Source: Actinomycetota bacterium
Lineage (GTDB): Bacteria; Actinomycetota; CADDZG01; WHSQ01
DNA length: 47,894 nt
Direction: 5' to 3'
NCBI GenBank assembly: GCA_036258675.1
Contig: DATADD010000141.1
Location: forward strand, 1-47,894
Under the pieces are notes generated by a model. It had not been told where the DNA came from. It did no database searches and saw only the letters and a list, made by a program, of their open reading frames with translations. Positions within the stretch are counted from its first letter, which is position 1, and each line of letters starts with the position of its first letter. A program made the translations under genes and the position numbers. Positions 47,028 to 47,894 of this stretch are shown one piece after another.

Positions 47028-47096
47028 GTCGGAGGGGGGACTTCAACACCCCACGACCTTTATCAGGTCACTAGGCCCTCGATGAGACGCTCCGAC
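47028..47096 (-). other. Degenerate tRNA-Leu-like element (copy A) abutting the msrA stop codon
   Basis: Minus strand reads GTCGGAG-CGTCTCATCGAGGGCCTAG-TGACCTGATAAAGGTCG-TGGGGTGTTGAAGTCCCC-CCTCCGAC. The 7-bp terminal stem is complementary and a variable-arm-like hairpin is present. The T-loop is corrupted, and the D arm and 5' anticodon stem are missing. Confidence 0.4.
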
Positions 47097-47612
47097 TCAG
47101 ACCGAGGTGGTCGCGGTCTCGCGTTTGGCGGCCTCCACGCCGGCCCGGGGGAAGGGGGGCGGGCAGCCGTCCGGATACCGCAGGAAATAGTCCTGATCTT
47201 CGGCCTCGGCCTCCCAAAAGGGACCGGCCTCGCTGATCTTGGTCACGACCTTGCCGGGCCAGTGGCCCGAGGCGTCGACGTCGTGGATCGTCTGCTCGGC
47301 CACCTTGCGCTGCTCGTCGCTCGTATAGAAGATCTCGGAGCGGTAGCCGGAGCCGACGATACGTTCGTCAAGGTCGGGTCGGTGAACCTGGAAGAAGAAC
47401 TCGAGCAGGTCGCGATACGAGAGCCGCTCCGGATCGAAGGTGACCTTGACCGCCTCGGCATGACCGGAATTGTTCTCTTCGGTCGGGTTGTCGTTCTCGC
47501 CCCCGGTCCATCCCACGCGGGTGGAGATGACGCCGTCGCGGTGACGCAGCAGTTGCTGCATGATCCAGTAGCAGCCACCCGCGAGGACAGCGGTTTCGAC
47601 ATCGTCGCTCAT
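47097..47612 (-). CDS. msrA: Peptide-methionine (S)-S-oxide reductase
   Basis: ORF trimmed to ATG 47612. AVLAGGCYW active site, GHAEAVKVTFDP, HRPDL, YRSEIFY. Confidence 0.95.
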   Translation of the reverse strand: MSDDVETAVLAGGCYWIMQQLLRHRDGVISTRVGWTGGENDNPTEENNSGHAEAVKVTFDPERLSYRDLLEFFFQVHRPDLDERIVGSGYRSEIFYTSDEQRKVAEQTIHDVDASGHWPGKVVTKISEAGPFWEAEAEDQDYFLRYPDGCPPPFPRAGVEAAKRETATTSV

Positions 47613-47762
47613 AGCGGGTCCTTTCCTCGGAGGTTCTGCCGAGCCTATCTCAACGACCGCACTCGGCTCTGAGCGCGCATCGACGCGCACGAGAGTTGTC
47701 GTCTTGCGGATGATGTCGGCAGGCGGCAACCGAACAGGCGTGCCCCAGCCCTAGCATGTTTG

Positions 47763-47819
47763 TGGTGTCGGAGGGGGGACTTGAACCCCCACGAGGTGTG
47801 ACCCTCACTAGGCCCTCAA
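47763..47819 (-). other. tRNA-Leu(GAG)-like 3' half (copy B): anticodon loop to CCA, no matching 5' half
   Basis: Minus strand reads TTGAGGG-CCTAG-TGAGGGTCACACCTCGT-GGGGGTTCAAGTCCCCC-CTCCGAC-A-CCA. This closely parallels class II tRNA-Leu from the anticodon loop onward. Upstream sequence cannot form the anticodon 5' stem or a GTCGGAG acceptor strand. Confidence 0.45.
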
Positions 47820-47894
47820 TCACGTCTGGCCGTGTCGTCGTGTCCGTCCCGTCCGTGTATGTCCTGCTCCGTGCAGGCTCCCTAAATCACCAAT

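Noticed and set aside
47763-47894. An intact tRNA-Leu gene on the minus strand at the right edge.
   Set aside because: Only the 3' half folds (anticodon loop, 3' anticodon strand, variable arm, T-arm, acceptor 3' strand, CCA). The upstream sequence offers CGTGA where CTAGG would be needed for the anticodon stem. No GTCGGAG acceptor strand occurs within about 110 nt. A D-arm-like CACG-GCCAGA-CGTG hairpin is present but misplaced.
1-47894. CRISPR arrays, IS elements/transposases, integrases, toxin-antitoxin pairs, restriction or other defence genes, rRNA.
   Set aside because: No regularly spaced direct repeats, no terminal inverted repeats flanking a transposase-like ORF, and no ORF with integrase, transposase or nuclease signatures were seen on either strand.

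Overview
Densely coding, very GC-rich segment of an actinobacterial-type chromosome with about 50 genes. Because of the GC content, almost every real gene is shadowed by long Arg/Pro/Gly/Ala-rich ORFs in other frames. I called genes only where the translation shows a recognisable family signature. Starts were trimmed using in-frame ATG/GTG/TTG codons, Shine-Dalgarno-like purine tracts and 4-nt stop/start overlaps.

Layout by block:
(1) 0.1-2.9 kb: DUF4193, yjbQ, proS.
(2) 2.9-10.4 kb, minus strand: a translationally coupled lysine-fermentation-type operon, kamA-kdd-amidohydrolase-kamD-kamE-kal-HAD. An Lrp/AsnC regulator plus GrpB lie divergently upstream.
(3) 11.9-19.1 kb, minus strand: lipid kinase, thiolase, helY, tatC, tatA and small hypothetical proteins.
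(4) 19.2-21.3 kb, plus strand: an orphan cytoplasmic GAF-GAF-PAS histidine kinase.
(5) 21.3-32.9 kb, minus strand: a complete Pup-proteasome locus, arc/mpa-dop-pup-prcB-prcA-pafA-DUF3866-pafB-pafC. It is directly preceded by ttuB-ttuA-trmI, a tRNA T-loop thiolation/methylation module.
(6) 33-43 kb: housekeeping and envelope genes (HtrA-like protease, DsbA-like, HIT, hydrolase, F420/LLM oxidoreductase, M55 peptidase, DUF3151, PD40 lipoprotein, M15 peptidase, Gfo/Idh/MocA, sugar-phosphate isomerase).
(7) 43-47.9 kb: a visibly less GC-rich accessory tail (BNR-repeat secreted protein, kinase fragment, DUF421, TfoX, dirigent/AOC-like secreted protein). It ends with msrA bracketed by two tRNA-Leu-like 3'-half repeats.

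No CRISPR array, transposase, integrase or rRNA was seen, and no intact tRNA could be folded.

Most interesting leads, all hypotheses:
- the lysine operon lacks kce and carries an embedded amidohydrolase;
- DUF3866 is wedged between pafA and pafBC;
- the TtuB-like ubiquitin-fold sulfur carrier has its GG terminus capped by 7 residues, and it sits at the head of the Pup-proteasome gene string;
- tRNA-like repeats flank msrA.

The trmI/ttuAB module and the composition suggest a thermophilic, Rubrobacter-like actinobacterium. This is inference only.
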